Of a DNA stretch of 64,000 nt, positions 18,769 through 35,781 are shown one piece after another (position 1 is the first letter of the stretch; each line of letters starts with the position of its first letter). The translations under genes and the position numbers were made by a program. This stretch comes from Alphaproteobacteria bacterium (GTDB taxonomy: Bacteria; Pseudomonadota; Alphaproteobacteria; UBA828), in the NCBI GenBank assembly GCA_963422645.2, contig CAXXVO010000008.1, positions 32,001 to 96,000 of the forward strand, read 5' to 3'. Under the pieces are notes generated by a model. The model was given only the letters and a program-made list of their open reading frames with translations. It was not told where the DNA came from and made no database searches.

Positions 18769-19446
18769 CTAGCGGGGCGAGGCCTGCTCCATGGCGCGCT
18801 TGTCCTGCGCCATGGGGTCGTGCGCCATGATCTCGCCCTTGAAGACCCAGACCTTGACACCGCAGGTACCGTAGGCCGTGCGCGCCGTGGCAAGCCCGAA
18901 GTCCACATCGGCCCGGAGCGTGTGGAGCGGGACCCGGCCCTCGCGATACCACTCGGTCCGCGCGATCTCCGCCCCGCCGAGCCGGCCGCCGCAGTTGATG
19001 CGGATGCCCTGCGCGCCGAGCCTGATCGCGGACTGCACCGCCCGCTTCATGGCCCGGCGGAACGCCACCCGGCGCACCAGCTGCTGGGCGATGTTCTCGG
19101 CAACCAGCTTGGCCTCGATCTCGGGCTTGCGGATCTCGACGATGTTCAGGTGGACGTCGCTCCCCGTCATCTTGGTGATGTCGGTGCGCAGCCGCTCGAT
19201 GTCCGTGCCCTTCTTGCCGATCACGACGCCAGGTCTCGCGGTATGGATGGTGATGCGCGCCTTCTTGGCGGGCCGCTCGATGACGACGCGCCCGATCCCC
19301 GCCTGATTCAGCCGCTTGAACAAGAAACTGCGGATCTGCAGGTCCTCGTGCAGCAGCTGGGCATAATTGTCGTCGGCGTACCACCGCGAATCCCAGGTGC
19401 GGTTGATGCCGAGACGCAGCCCGACGGGATTGACCTTCTGACCCAT
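18769..19446 (-). CDS. rpsC: 30S ribosomal protein S3
   Basis: MGQKVNP and [10 protein letters not shown]. Confidence 0.98.
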   Translation of the reverse strand: MGQKVNPVGLRLGINRTWDSRWYADDNYAQLLHEDLQIRSFLFKRLNQAGIGRVVIERPAKKARITIHTARPGVVIGKKGTDIERLRTDITKMTGSDVHLNIVEIRKPEIEAKLVAENIAQQLVRRVAFRRAMKRAVQSAIRLGAQGIRINCGGRLGGAEIARTEWYREGRVPLHTLRADVDFGLATARTAYGTCGVKVWVFKGEIMAHDPMAQDKRAMEQASPR

Positions 19447-19826
19447 CAGGCCCCCTTGGCGCGTTCGCGCACAACGATGGTGAGATGGCTGAACGGCTTA
19501 ATCACGCGCCCGACCCGGCCGCGTGCACGCGGCCGCCAGCGCTTCATCACCAAGCCCTTGCCGACCGTCGCTTCCGCAACGACGAGCCGGTCCACATCCA
19601 GCTCGTGATTGTTCTCGGCATTCGCGATCGCCGACTGCAGGCACTTGCGCACGTCGCCGGCGATGCGGCGGCGCGAATGAGCCAGCGTGATCAGCGCCTG
19701 GTCCACCGGGCGCCCACGAATGGTGGCAGCAACCAGGCCGAGCTTCCGCGGGCTGATCCGCAGATTCCGGATCTTGGCCTGGGCCTCGGTCTCGCCGAGT
19801 TGCCGGGGACGCGACATCTTGCCCAT
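19446..19826 (-). CDS. rplV: 50S ribosomal protein L22
   Basis: [17 protein letters not shown] and RPRARGR. Confidence 0.97.
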   Translation of the reverse strand: MGKMSRPRQLGETEAQAKIRNLRISPRKLGLVAATIRGRPVDQALITLAHSRRRIAGDVRKCLQSAIANAENNHELDVDRLVVAEATVGKGLVMKRWRPRARGRVGRVIKPFSHLTIVVRERAKGA

Positions 19827-19828
19827 GA

Positions 19829-20107
19829 TCAGCCCCGCCGCGCCCTCTTGTCGCCGGCATGGCCGTGGAAGACCCGCGTCGGCGAGAACTCGCCGAACTT
19901 GTGGCCCACCATGTTCTCGTTGACCAACACGGGCAGGAACTTGCGACCGTTATAGACGCCGAAAGTGAGGCCCACAAACTGCGGCAGGATCGTGGACCGC
20001 CGCGACCAGGTGCGGATGATATCCTTGCGCCCACTTGCCCGCGCCTCTTCGGCCTTCTTGAGAAGATAGCCGTCGACGAAGGGACCCTTCCATACGGAAC
20101 GCGCCAT
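19829..20107 (-). CDS. rpsS: 30S ribosomal protein S19
   Basis: [10 protein letters not shown] and GHKFGEF. Confidence 0.98.
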   Translation of the reverse strand: MARSVWKGPFVDGYLLKKAEEARASGRKDIIRTWSRRSTILPQFVGLTFGVYNGRKFLPVLVNENMVGHKFGEFSPTRVFHGHAGDKRARRG

Positions 20108-20122
20108 CGACTGTCTCCCGCC

Positions 20123-20950
20123 CTACTTCTTGCCCCGACGCCGCATGATGAAGCGGTCGGTTCTCTTGTTGCTTCGCGTGCGCTTGCCCTTGGTGGGCAC
20201 ACCCCAAGGAGTGACCGGGTGCCGCCCGCCCGAGGACTTGCCTTCGCCGCCGCCGTGGGGATGGTCCACCGGGTTCATGGCGACGCCGCGCACCTTGGGC
20301 CGCCGGCCCTTCCAGCGCATGCGGCCGGCCTTGCCCTGGTTGGTATTCTGATTGTCCTGGTTGGAGACTGCGCCGATGGTGGCCATACATCGGGCATGGA
20401 CCACGCGCTGCTCGCCCGACGGCAGCCGGAGCTGAGCGTAGCCCTGGTCCTTGCCGACCAGCTGCACGTAGTTGCCGGCTGAGCGAGCGATCTGGCCGCC
20501 CTTCCCCGGCTTCATCTCGACATTGTGGATGATCGTGCCGACGGGAATGTTGCTCATCGGCATCGCGTTGCCGGGCTTGATGTCGCAGCGCTCGCCGGAG
20601 ACCACCTTGTCGCCCGGCGAGACCCGCTGCGGGGCAAGGATGTAGGCCTGCTCGCCGTCCTCGTAGCGGATCAGCGCGATGAAAGCCGAGCGGTTGGGGT
20701 CGTACTCGAGCCGCTCCACGGTCGCCGACACATCGAACTTGCGCCGCTTGAAGTCGATCACGCGGTAGCGGCGCTTATGCCCGCCGCCGCGGTGGCGCAT
20801 GGTGATGCGGCCGTCGCTGTTGCGCCCGCCCTTCTGGCTGAGGCCCTCGGTCAGCGCCTTGACCGGCTTGCCCTTCCAGAGATCGGAGCGGTCCACCAGG
20901 ACGAGCTGGCGGCGCCCCGGCGTGGTCGGCCTGTAGTGTTTGAGAGCCAT
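20123..20950 (-). CDS. rplB: 50S ribosomal protein L2
   Basis: EYDPNRSA and [13 protein letters not shown]. Confidence 0.98.
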   Translation of the reverse strand: MALKHYRPTTPGRRQLVLVDRSDLWKGKPVKALTEGLSQKGGRNSDGRITMRHRGGGHKRRYRVIDFKRRKFDVSATVERLEYDPNRSAFIALIRYEDGEQAYILAPQRVSPGDKVVSGERCDIKPGNAMPMSNIPVGTIIHNVEMKPGKGGQIARSAGNYVQLVGKDQGYAQLRLPSGEQRVVHARCMATIGAVSNQDNQNTNQGKAGRMRWKGRRPKVRGVAMNPVDHPHGGGEGKSSGGRHPVTPWGVPTKGKRTRSNKRTDRFIMRRRGKK

Positions 20951-20953
20951 CGT

Positions 20954-21259
20954 CTAGAGCCCGGTCATCACGTCGATCGTATCGCCTTCGCCGAGCGATA
21001 CGGTTGCCTTCTTCCAATCCGAGCGCTTGCCCAGCCGGCCGCCGCGGCCGCGCTTGACCTTGCCCTTGACCAGAATGGTATTGACCTTCTTCACCTTGAC
21101 CTCGAACAGCCCTTCCACGGCTTCCTTGATCTGAGGCTTGGTCGCGTCGGTACGCACCTTGAAGGTGACCTGGTTGTACTCCGAGCCCTGGGTCGACTTC
21201 TCGGTCACCACCGGGCCGAGAATCATGTCGTACCAGCGCTCTTTGGGCTCGACGCTCAT
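20954..21259 (-). CDS. rplW: 50S ribosomal protein L23
   Basis: PVVTEKS, ATKPQIK and WKKATV. Confidence 0.96.
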   Translation of the reverse strand: MSVEPKERWYDMILGPVVTEKSTQGSEYNQVTFKVRTDATKPQIKEAVEGLFEVKVKKVNTILVKGKVKRGRGGRLGKRSDWKKATVSLGEGDTIDVMTGL

Positions 21260-21876
21260 GCGAGCCTCGCCTGCAGGCTTTCCACCGCGCTCCGGGTCAG
21301 CACCAGGCGGTCGCGGCGAAGGATGTCGTAGACATTGGCGCCCAACTGGGGAAGCACCTGAACCTCGGTCAGATTCTGCGCGGCGCGGGCGAAGCCGGCA
21401 TCGACCTCGTCGCCGTCGATGACCAGCGCAGACGACCAGCCCAGGCGCGCGATGCGATCGGCGAGCACCCGGGCCTTGGCCGAACCGAGATCAAGGGAAT
21501 CGACGATCGAGAGCTTGCCATCCGCCTGTTTGGCCGAGAGCGCGGACTTGAGCGCGAGCTTGCGCACCTTCTTCGGCAGCTTGTGCGCATGGTCGCGCAG
21601 CTGGGGGCCGAAGATCGCCACGCCGCCCCGATGGTGCGCTGCGCGGCGAGAGCCTTGGCGGGCGCGGCCCGTGCCCTTCTGCTTGAAGGGCTTGCGGGTC
21701 GATCCGCGAAGCTCCGCCACCGTCTTGGTCTTGTGCGTGCCGGCACGGCGCTTGGCGAGCTGCCAGCGCACGGTGCGGTGCATCAGGTCGGGCCGCACGG
21801 CCACGCCGAACACCTCGTCGGCGAGCTCGATCTCGCCGACGCGCTTGGCCTTGAGGTCGGTGACGTCGACCTTCAC
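21256..21876 (-). CDS. rplD: 50S ribosomal protein L4
   Basis: [11 protein letters not shown]. Confidence 0.97.
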   Translation of the reverse strand: MKVDVTDLKAKRVGEIELADEVFGVAVRPDLMHRTVRWQLAKRRAGTHKTKTVAELRGSTRKPFKQKGTGRARQGSRRAAHHRGGVAIFGPQLRDHAHKLPKKVRKLALKSALSAKQADGKLSIVDSLDLGSAKARVLADRIARLGWSSALVIDGDEVDAGFARAAQNLTEVQVLPQLGANVYDILRRDRLVLTRSAVESLQARLA

Positions 21877-22658
21877 GAGGTCTCCTCCTCGTCGCCGTCG
21901 GCGCCGGTTTCGTCTTCCGCCTCGGCGGCGGGAGCCTCATTCTCAGGCTCCGGCTCCGATTGCTCCAGAAGCCCTGCCGGGAAAGGCACATCCTCCGGCA
22001 AGCTGCGCTTCTTCGCGTCCGACAACAGGACGACGCCGCCCTTCGGGCCAGGGACGCCGCCCTTGACCATGATCAGGCCGCGCACCGCATCCGTCGCCAC
22101 CACCTCGAGGTTCTGCACGGTCGCGCGCGCATTCCCCAGATGGCCCGCCATCTTCTTGCCCTTGAAGACCTTGCCGGGGTCCTGGCACTGGCCGGTCGAG
22201 CCGTGGGCGCGGTGCGAAACCGACACGCCGTGGCTCGCGCGCAGACCCGAGAAGTTGTGCCGCTTCATGCTGCCGGCGAAGCCCTTGCCGATGGAGGTGC
22301 CGACCGCATCGACGAACTGGCCGGCGGCGAAGTGTTCGGCGCCGAGCGTGGCGCCCACATCCACCAGCGCATCCTCGCTCACGCGGAACTCGACAACGTG
22401 GCGCTTGGGCTCGACCTTTGACTTGGCGAAGTGGCCGCGCTGGGCGCGGGAGGTGTTCTTGACCTTGACCCGGCCCGCGCCGAGCTGAAGCGCGACATAG
22501 CCGCCCGCATCGGGGGTCCGCTGCGCGATGACCTGGCAACCGTCAACGCGCAGCACGGTCACCGGCACATGCTCGCCGGCGTCGTCGAAGACGCGCGACA
22601 TGCCGAGCTTTTCGGTGATCACGCCCGTGCGCCTGCGCGCTGCTGCCTGGCCGGCCAT
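21873..22658 (-). CDS. rplC: 50S ribosomal protein L3
   Basis: [17 protein letters not shown] and KGKKMAG; acidic C-terminal tail. Confidence 0.97.
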   Translation of the reverse strand: MAGQAAARRRTGVITEKLGMSRVFDDAGEHVPVTVLRVDGCQVIAQRTPDAGGYVALQLGAGRVKVKNTSRAQRGHFAKSKVEPKRHVVEFRVSEDALVDVGATLGAEHFAAGQFVDAVGTSIGKGFAGSMKRHNFSGLRASHGVSVSHRAHGSTGQCQDPGKVFKGKKMAGHLGNARATVQNLEVVATDAVRGLIMVKGGVPGPKGGVVLLSDAKKRSLPEDVPFPAGLLEQSEPEPENEAPAAEAEDETGADGDEEETS

Positions 22659-22667
22659 GACGCCCTC

Positions 22668-22982
<315 letters not shown>

Positions 22983-23019
22983 TGTGCGTGCCCGGCCTCT
23001 TGTCCGCCTCGGTTAAGCT

Positions 23020-24210
<1,191 letters not shown>

Positions 24211-24250
24211 CGGTGCTCTCTCTCAGAGTGTTCTTGTCGCGGCTACGCGG

Positions 24251-26326
<2,076 letters not shown>

Positions 26327-26356
26327 GATCTTTTTCTTGTCCGCGAACGCCTGCGC

Positions 26357-26848
<492 letters not shown>

Positions 26849-27220
26849 CTATTTCGGCCGTTTGGCGCCGTACTTGGAGCGACGCTGGCGGCGGTCCTGG
26901 ATGCCCTGGGTGTCGAGCAAGCCGCGAATGATGTGATAGCGCACGCCCGGCAGGTCCTTCACCCGCCCGCCGCGAATCATCACCACCGAATGCTCCTGGA
27001 GGTTGTGCCCCTCGCCGGGGATGTAGCTCGTCACCTCGAAGCCGTTGGTGAGTCGCACGCGCGCAACCTTGCGCAGCGCCGAGTTCGGCTTCTTCGGCGT
27101 CGTCGTGTAGACCCGGGTACACACGCCGCGCTTCTGCGGGCAGGCCTGCAGCGCCGGCACCTTGTTGCGGGTAGCAGGCGCCGTGCGCGGCTTGCGAATC
27201 AGTTGGTTGATCGTCGGCAT
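26849..27220 (-). CDS. rpsL: 30S ribosomal protein S12
   Basis: [17 protein letters not shown] and [10 protein letters not shown]. Confidence 0.98.
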   Translation of the reverse strand: MPTINQLIRKPRTAPATRNKVPALQACPQKRGVCTRVYTTTPKKPNSALRKVARVRLTNGFEVTSYIPGEGHNLQEHSVVMIRGGRVKDLPGVRYHIIRGLLDTQGIQDRRQRRSKYGAKRPK

Positions 27221-27399
27221 CGCGGCGGTTCCAAATTCAACAGCTAGTGCGGCGCGTGCAGGTGGACCCGGACAAGCGAAACTGAGCCGCTTCCCCGCCG
27301 CCGGCCTGCGCCGACACATCGGAAACTCTCTCGATCCCAAGGCTTAGCAACAGGCACCCAGAGGCGCACCGACAAGCCCCGTCAGCAAGAAGGTGGCGC

Positions 27400-27428
27400 A
27401 TCCTAGTGACGAGCCTACCCACCGTCAA
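27400..27428 (-). promoter_or_regulatory. Putative sigma70 promoter of the str superoperon
   Basis: Minus strand TTGACG-N17-TAGGAT followed by the GC-rich discriminator GCGCC. Confidence 0.65.
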
Positions 27429-27535
27429 GCGGCAAGAATGGCCAAATTCGTAAGAAATTCCCTAGAGAATAGCGGGCCGGCTGAAGCCCGGGCGTGTATC
27501 GTAGCACGGGCATCAGCCGGTGCGGAGAAGCCTGT

Positions 27536-28798
27536 ATGAACGTCTTGGTCGTGGGCTCGGGTGGGCGCGAGCATGCCCTCTGCTGGCAGCTGGCTGCGTC
27601 GCCGCTGCTGGGAGCGCTCTGGTGCGCGCCGGGGAACGCGGGCATCGAGAACGAGGCGACCTGCGTTGCGCTCGACCCCATGGATTTCGACCGGTTGGTT
27701 GCGTTCTGCCGCGAGCAGGCGATCGACCTGGTCGTGGTGGGGCCGGAGGCGCCGCTCTGCGCAGGTCTGGTCGACCGGCTGGAGGCCGAGGACATCGCCG
27801 CCTTCGGCCCGCGCGCGGGCGCCGCACGGATCGAGGGCTCCAAGGGCTTCATGAAGGACCTCTGCGCACGCTGCGACGTGCCGACTGCTGCCTATCGGCG
27901 GATCGCGTCGCTCGCGGAGGCCGAGGCGTTCATCGCCGAGCTGGGCGCACCCTTGGTGGTCAAGGCAGACGGGCTCGCCGCCGGCAAGGGTGTCGTGCTC
28001 GCTGAGACCGAGGCCGAAGCCCTCGATGCCGCGCAGGCGGCGCTGGGCGGCGCCTTCGGCGAGGCCGGCGCCGCGCTCGTGATCGAGGAGATGCTGGTCG
28101 GCGAGGAGGCGAGCTACTTCGCCCTGGTCGACGGCGAGACCGTGCTTCCGCTGGAGACGGCGCAGGACCACAAGGCGGTGGGCGAGGGCGATACCGGGCC
28201 CAACACCGGCGGCATGGGCGCCTATTCGCCGGCGCCCGCGATGACCCCGGCGCTCTGCGAGGAGACGCGGACAGGCATCGTCGAGCCGCTCGTGCGCGGC
28301 CTGGCGGCGGAGGGGGTGCCCTACACAGGCGTCTTCTACGCCGGGCTGATACTCACCGCCGATGGGCCGAAGCTGCTGGAGGTCAATGCCCGCTTCGGCG
28401 ATCCGGAATGCCAAGTGCTCATGCCCCGGCTCAAGTCCGATCTGCTGGCTGCGCTGGTGGCGGCGCACGATGGCGAGCTCAAGGAGTTCGACCTGCGCTG
28501 GCGCGATGAGGCCGCGCTTTGCGTGGTGCTCGCCACGCGAGGCTATCCGGGCGCCTATGAGAAGGGCAGCGTGATCCGCGGCATCGAAGCAGCAGACGAC
28601 CTCGACGACGCGATGGTGTTTCACGCGGGAACGGCGCGCACCGATGCCGGCGTCGTCGCCGCGGGTGGGCGTGTGCTTGGTGTAACGGCGCTGGGCGCGG
28701 GTGTCGCCGCGGCTCAGAGCCGCGCTTACGAGGCTGTCGGGCACATCGACTGGCCCGAGGGTTTCTGCCGCCGAGACATCGGCTGGCGGGCGGTCTGA
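27536..28798 (+). CDS. purD: Phosphoribosylamine-glycine ligase
   Basis: [28 protein letters not shown] and RFGDPE. Confidence 0.97.
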   Translation: MNVLVVGSGGREHALCWQLAASPLLGALWCAPGNAGIENEATCVALDPMDFDRLVAFCREQAIDLVVVGPEAPLCAGLVDRLEAEDIAAFGPRAGAARIEGSKGFMKDLCARCDVPTAAYRRIASLAEAEAFIAELGAPLVVKADGLAAGKGVVLAETEAEALDAAQAALGGAFGEAGAALVIEEMLVGEEASYFALVDGETVLPLETAQDHKAVGEGDTGPNTGGMGAYSPAPAMTPALCEETRTGIVEPLVRGLAAEGVPYTGVFYAGLILTADGPKLLEVNARFGDPECQVLMPRLKSDLLAALVAAHDGELKEFDLRWRDEAALCVVLATRGYPGAYEKGSVIRGIEAADDLDDAMVFHAGTARTDAGVVAAGGRVLGVTALGAGVAAAQSRAYEAVGHIDWPEGFCRRDIGWRAV

Positions 28799-28812
28799 AG
28801 CCAAGCGACTCC

Positions 28813-28840
28813 TTGGCGAACCGCAGCGCGGCCCTATAAT
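28813..28840 (+). promoter_or_regulatory. Putative sigma70 promoter, probably leaderless, for bpt/ate
   Basis: TTGGCG-N16-TATAAT; ATG follows after a 7-nt spacer. Confidence 0.55.
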
Positions 28841-28847
28841 CAAATAA

Positions 28848-29645
28848 ATGACCAACGAAAACCGCCCGCTTGAAAGCCAACACCCGGCGCGGACGCGCGC
28901 GCCGCAGGGTGGCGGTCTCAAGTTTCTGGGCGTGACCCCGCTCCGCCACTGCCCCTACCTGCCGGGGCGTCTGGAGCGCTCGATCGTCACCCCGCTCGCG
29001 GGCCCCCGTGCCGAGACCGCTTACGACGAGATGCTGCGTGGAGGCTTCCGCCGAAGCCACCTTGGCGCCTACCGCCCGGCTTGCCCCGGCTGCCGGGCCT
29101 GCGTCTCCGCACGGGTGCGTGCCGACGCGTTCGTGCCGAGCCGCTCGCTCCGCCGGGTCAGCGCGCGCAACGCGGGAATCACGCTCAACGTGCTGCCGGC
29201 TCTGGCGCGACCCGATCACTACACCCTGTTCAGGCGCTATCTGGCGGCACGGCACCCCGACGGCACCATGGCGGCCATGGGACGCGAGGGCTACGGCGCG
29301 CTCGTCGAGGAGAGTGCGGTCGAGACCCGCCTCGCCGAGTTCCGCAGCCCCGGCGGAGGGCTCTACGGCGTCTGCGTGTTCGATGTCGTCGCCGACGGGC
29401 TGTCGGCGGTGTATTCCTTTTATGAACCCACGCGGGTCAAGGACAGTCCGGGCAGCTACATGATCCTCAGGCTCGTGGAAGAGGCGCGCGCGCAAGCGCT
29501 GCCCTACCTCTATCTCGGCTACTGGATCGACGGTTGCGACAAGATGGACTACAAGGCCCGCTTTCGCCCGCTCGAGGTGCACGGCCCGAAGGGCTGGACC
29601 ATCCTGGACGCCCGACCGGATGGTCGGGGCGTCTCGGATCATTGA
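28848..29645 (+). CDS. bpt: Arginyltransferase-family N-degron transferase (Ate/Bpt)
   Basis: CPYLPG, GFRRS, YRPACPGCRAC, SAVYSFY, YLYLGYWI and KMDYK. Confidence 0.9.
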   Translation: MTNENRPLESQHPARTRAPQGGGLKFLGVTPLRHCPYLPGRLERSIVTPLAGPRAETAYDEMLRGGFRRSHLGAYRPACPGCRACVSARVRADAFVPSRSLRRVSARNAGITLNVLPALARPDHYTLFRRYLAARHPDGTMAAMGREGYGALVEESAVETRLAEFRSPGGGLYGVCVFDVVADGLSAVYSFYEPTRVKDSPGSYMILRLVEEARAQALPYLYLGYWIDGCDKMDYKARFRPLEVHGPKGWTILDARPDGRGVSDH

Positions 29646-30726
29646 CCCGAACCATCGAAGGGAGACCAAGGACATGAGCACGAAGATCGGACGACGCAGC
29701 CTTCTCAAGGGAACGGCCATCGCCGGAGCCGCCGTGGCGGCCGCAGCGGCATCGAACTTTCCCGCCCCCGCCGTCTCGCAGGGCAAGATTCAGCTCAAGC
29801 TGGCCACCTCCTGGCCCAAGCAATTCCCCGGCCTCGGCACCGGCGCGCAACGGCTCGCCGATCGCATCACCAATGCGACCGAGGGACGGATCGAGGTCAA
29901 GCACTACGGCGGCGGCGAGCTGGTGCCGCCTCTCGGCTGCTTCGACGCGGTCTCGGAGGGCGCCGCGGACATGTACCACTCCGCCGAGTACTACTGGCAG
30001 GGCAAGTCCAAAGCCTTCAACTTCTTCGCGACCGTCCCCTTCGGGCTGACCGCGGACGAGGTCAACGCCTGGATCTACCACGCGGGCGGGCAGGAGCTCT
30101 GGGACGAGCTCGGCGCCGACTTCAATGTGAAGCCACTGATGGCCGGCAACACCGGCGTCCAGTGGGGCGGGTGGTTCAACAAGGAGATGAACTCGCTCGA
30201 GGACTACAAGGGCCTCAAGATGCGCATGCCGGGCCTCGGCGGCGAGGTGCTGCGCCGCGTCGGCGCGAACGCCCTGCTGCTGCCGGGCGGCGAGATCTAT
30301 CCGGCGCTCGAGGCCGGCACGATCGACGCCACCGAATGGGTGGGGCCGTGGAACGACCTCGCCTTCGGGTTCTACAAGATCACCAAGTACTACTACTGGC
30401 CCGGCTTCCACGAGCCCGGCACGATCCTCACCTGCGGCATCAACCGGGGCGTGTGGGAAAGCTTGAGCGCCGCGGACCAGAGCCTGATCGAGAGCTGCTG
30501 CGCAGCCGACAACGCGACCATGCTGGCAGAGTTCAACGCACGCAACGCGGGAGCGCTCGACACGCTCATCAACGAGCACGGCGTGCAGGTGCGGCAGGTA
30601 TCGGACGAGATGTTGAAGGCACTCGGAGAACAGTCGGCTGAGGTGGTCGCCGAAGTCGGCGCCGAGGGCGGAATCACGCAACGCGTCTACGAGAGCTTCA
30701 GCAACTTCCGCAAGACGGCGATATCC

Positions 30727-33241
30727 TCAGACTTCCTGACCTCGTGATGCTGGCTGTTCTGGGCAGCGTGCCGGGAACTCCTTGAATTCTGATACATTTC
30801 GGTTGTTTCAGGCGGTTTTTCGCTGGGTGTCGCGCCCGAGGTCTGATAGTATAATTTGATACCAATTGCACGGTCTCAACCATGCCCAGTACCCTCCCAA
30901 TGTGCCCTCCAGAGGCGGTCTCGATCGGCAACAGCTGCTTCGCCGTCCTGATCTCGGACGACACCTTCACCTACTTTTCCAACCTCATTCCCTTTGACAG
31001 CCACGCCGCCGATGACCGCACGGCCATGCTCTTGCGGATCGGCCGCCTCGCGGCGATCAGCGCGGTCTCGCCGCAGGAACTGGCTGACGCTTTCGCTGTC
31101 TCGCGCGCGACGGTGCAGCGCGCACGACGGCGCTACCTGGCCGAGGGCGAAGCGGGGTTCATGAAGCCCCGGCGCGGTCGCGGGCCGTCGGTGTTCACTC
31201 CGGAGTTGGCGGAGAAGGCGACGGCGTTGCTGGCATCGGGCCTGAGCGGCTCTGCGGCGGCCCGGGTTCTCGGCGTGTCAGCGCCATCGGTCAACAAGTG
31301 GCGCCGTCAGGGACTGATCGGCAACACGGAGGCGGATGGGGAGCCCGGACGCTCAGCGCTGGCTGCGCCGCCTGACGCGGGTGCGGCTCCTGAAGGCCGT
31401 GTCGATGAAGAGAGTACCGGTGCCCCGGGGCCGGAGACGGCGCCGGGGCTGGAAGCGCAGCCGCAAACGGATCGCAGCGCGCGCGATCGGCGGGACCGGC
31501 AGGCGCCGATGGGGCGTGCGACTTGCGATGTTCCGGCTCGGGTTCTGGCCAGTTGTGGACAGGCGGGGCCGGTCGAACCGCAGTTCGCCGCCGCCGCCCG
31601 CGGTGTCCGCTTCGGCGGCGTGCTCGCCGCCCTGCCGGCCCTGCTGAAGGAAGGTCTTCTCTCCGAGACCGGTCTCCTGCCATTGCTGCCGAAGGGCTAT
31701 TACGGCTTGCCTACGATCCTGCTCTTCCTGGCCTTCATGACCTTGGCGCGGGTGCGCAACCCCGAGAGCCTGCGCTACCAGGCGCCGGGCGAATGGGGCG
31801 CCATTCTCGGCCTCGATCGCTGCCCCGAGGTCAAGACGCTGCGCCGCAAGATCGCTCTCATCGCCGACGACGAGGCCGGCGTGCGGGCGTGGCAGCTCGC
31901 CCTTGCCAGGCGCTGGCAGGCGCCGACGAGCCGGAGCTCTGGGCGACGCTGGCCATCGACGGGCACGTCAAGGTCTACTCCGGCCGCAAGGGGCGCTTGC
32001 CCAAGCACTTCGTCTCGCGCGAGAAGCTGTGCCTGCCGGCGAGCGCCAGCTACTGGATCAACGCTCTGGGCGGCAAGCCGCTGCTCTGTCTGCACAAGCC
32101 GCTGGACCCGAAGATGGTCGCGGCCATCGAAGCCGACGTGGTGCCGGCGCTGCAGGAGCTTGGGATCGTTGGCGCCGGGGCGCCGGACCTGACCGCCGAG
32201 CATCCCGGCCAGCCGGCGCTCACCCTGGTCTTCGACCGCGAGGGCTGGAGCCCGGATCTGTTCCGCCGGCTGGCGAGGCGCGGCGTCGCCTGCCTGACCT
32301 GGCACAAGAACTTCAGGGGCGAGGACTGGCCGGCCGAGGACTTCGGCGCGATGACCGTTCCCATTCACGGACCGGCGGCGGACGGCAGCGCCACCATGCG
32401 GCTGGCTGAGAAGCCGGTGACGTTGCCGAACGGCTTCAGGGTGCGCCAGATCCGCCGCCTGCTCGACAACGGCCGTCAGGTGCCGCTGATCACCACCGAT
32501 CCGCACAAGCCGATGGCTGAGGTTGCGGGCGCCATGTTCTCGCGCTGGTCGCAGGAGAACTTCTTCAAGTACATGCGTGACGAGTTCAATCTCGACGCCC
32601 TGCCGACCCACGAGCTCGAGCCTCTCGATCCCGCCGCCATGGTCGTCAACCCGCTGCGGCGGGCCTATGACAAGGCAATCCATCGCCTCGACCGCCAGCT
32701 TGGCCGCCTGCGCAACCGCATCGCCGACACGGCCCGGAAGAAGCAGCCGACGGCGGAACTCAGGAGGGAAGTCAGGGACCTCCAGGATGTCCGCGACATC
32801 GTCAGGGCCAGCCGCAGGGAGACGCCCAAGCACTGCCGGGCCGGCGACCTCGACGAAGCCGAGCAGCTCGATGCCTTGCCCGCGCGCGAGCGCCTCCTCC
32901 TCGACGTCATCCGGATGATCGCCTACCGCGCCGAAACCCGCATGATGCTTCCCGTCATGCAGGCGCAGGGCCACAAGCCCCATCCCCGGAAACTGCTTCA
33001 AGCGCTGCTCACCGCCGATGCCGACATCCTGCCGGATCCTGGCAATGGCCTCCTGCGGGTCCACATTCTTGGCCTCGCAAACGACGCCTGCGACCGTTGG
33101 ATCGATGCGGTTCTGAGCGACCTGAACGCCACCGAAACGGTCTTCCCCGGCACCCGTCTGCGCATAGTCTACGACATCGACGGGGCCTCGGAATCCGCGC
33201 GGCTCGTGTCACCTAAAATCAGCAGAGGTCAGGAAGTCTGA
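30727..33241 (+). mobile_element. Insertion sequence (about 2.5 kb, IS4-superfamily-like DDE, family unassigned)
   Basis: Perfect 17-bp inverted repeats TCAGACTTCCTGACCTC (30727-30743) and GAGGTCAGGAAGTCTGA (33225-33241); flanks TCC/CCC. Confidence 0.92.
30882..33241 (+). pseudogene. Transposase with N-terminal HTH domains, frameshifted near 31920
   Basis: HTH motifs VSRATVQR and VSAPSVNKW; catalytic-like LAIDGH, VFDREG and RWSQENFFK. The frame changes (-1/+2) at ...RWQA / ADEPELW. Confidence 0.82.
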
Positions 33242-33317
33242 CCCTATAACGAGCGCTCGGAGCTTGCCTACGCGAGGGCCCGGCTCCTGACCGCGTAGTA
33301 CGTCGGCAAGGTGTGCG

Positions 33318-33348
33318 TTCGGGGCGGGCGGTCGTCGCCCGCCCCGAA
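33318..33348 (+). terminator. Strong hairpin between the TRAP binding-protein gene and the small permease gene
   Basis: TTCGGGGCGGGCG-N5-CGCCCGCCCCGAA, a 13-bp stem with no U-tract; it may be an mRNA stabiliser or attenuator. Confidence 0.6.
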
Positions 33349-33469
33349 TGGCGCCGGCGGGACAGGATTGGCCCTGCGCCACTGCGGGGCATCGGGGAGG
33401 CGGGCATGAGGGTCGCCGCCGCGCTTGAGCGCGGGCCGCCTGAAAGGAGCACAGGCCGGCTGAAATGAG

Positions 33470-34033
33470 ATGCAGGCGTCTCTCTCCGCATTAGCCGCGC
33501 TCACGCGCGCAATAGATGTGGCCAACGAGCACATCGGCCGCGTCGCGTCATGGCTCGCCCTCCTCATGGTGCTTCTCCAGTTCGTCGTCGTGGTGATGCG
33601 CTACATCTTCGGCGTGGGCTTCATCGCGATGCAGGAAGGGATCATCTACCTTCACGCCACCCTCTTCCTGGTCGGCGCAGGCTATACGCTGCTCCACGGC
33701 GGCCACGTCCGGGTCGATATCTTCTATCGCGACGCACGCCCGCGCCTGCGCGCGCTCATCGATCTCCTGGGCGTGATTCTCTTTCTGATGCCGGTCTGCG
33801 TGATCATCGGCTGGGCGAGCTGGCCCTATGTGGAGCAGTCCTGGTCGGTGTTCGAAAAGTCGGCGGAAACCAGTGGCATTCCGGCGATCTACGCGCTCAA
33901 GTCGATGATTCTCGCGTTCGTGGTGCTTATCGCCTTCCAGGGCCTCTCGCTCGCGTTTCACGCGGTGCTGACCCTCGCCGGCCGCCAACAACGCCACGAC
34001 GACATCGCAGAAGCCGGCAGCAAGGCTGCCTGA
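33470..34033 (+). CDS. TRAP transporter small permease (DctQ)
   Basis: VVVMRYIF, GHVRVDIFY and four transmembrane segments. Confidence 0.92.
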   Translation: MQASLSALAALTRAIDVANEHIGRVASWLALLMVLLQFVVVVMRYIFGVGFIAMQEGIIYLHATLFLVGAGYTLLHGGHVRVDIFYRDARPRLRALIDLLGVILFLMPVCVIIGWASWPYVEQSWSVFEKSAETSGIPAIYALKSMILAFVVLIAFQGLSLAFHAVLTLAGRQQRHDDIAEAGSKAA

Positions 34034-34039
34034 CCCGCC

Positions 34040-35632
<1,593 letters not shown>

Positions 35633-35642
35633 GGCGCGCGGC

Positions 35643-35677
35643 CCAGAGCGTTTCCATCTTCGACTGAAACGCTCTGG
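35643..35677. repeat. Inverted repeat (12-bp stem) between convergent dctM and bioA
   Basis: CCAGAGCGTTTC-N11-GAAACGCTCTGG. Confidence 0.7.
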
Positions 35678-35729
35678 CTATTTGTCGCTCACGGCAGCCG
35701 GCCGGCGCCTGCGCGGGCGCGCCGCAATA

Positions 35730-35757
35730 GCGGCGGGCCGCGGTCGCGGCCCGCCGC
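35730..35757. terminator. GC-rich hairpin downstream of bioA
   Basis: GCGGCGGGCCGCG-GT-CGCGGCCCGCCGC. Confidence 0.5.
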
Positions 35758-35781
35758 GCGTCCGTCAATGTCGGACGCGCT

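Larger units (their letters stand above)
29674..33298 (+). pseudogene. TRAP solute-binding protein (TakP/DctP-like, Tat signal), interrupted near its C-terminus by an IS
   Basis: RRSLLK Tat motif, GNTGVQWGGWF, MRMPG and EWVGP. Native sequence ends at 30726; the missing C-terminus YNERSELAYARARLLTA* resumes at 33245-33298. Confidence 0.88.
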
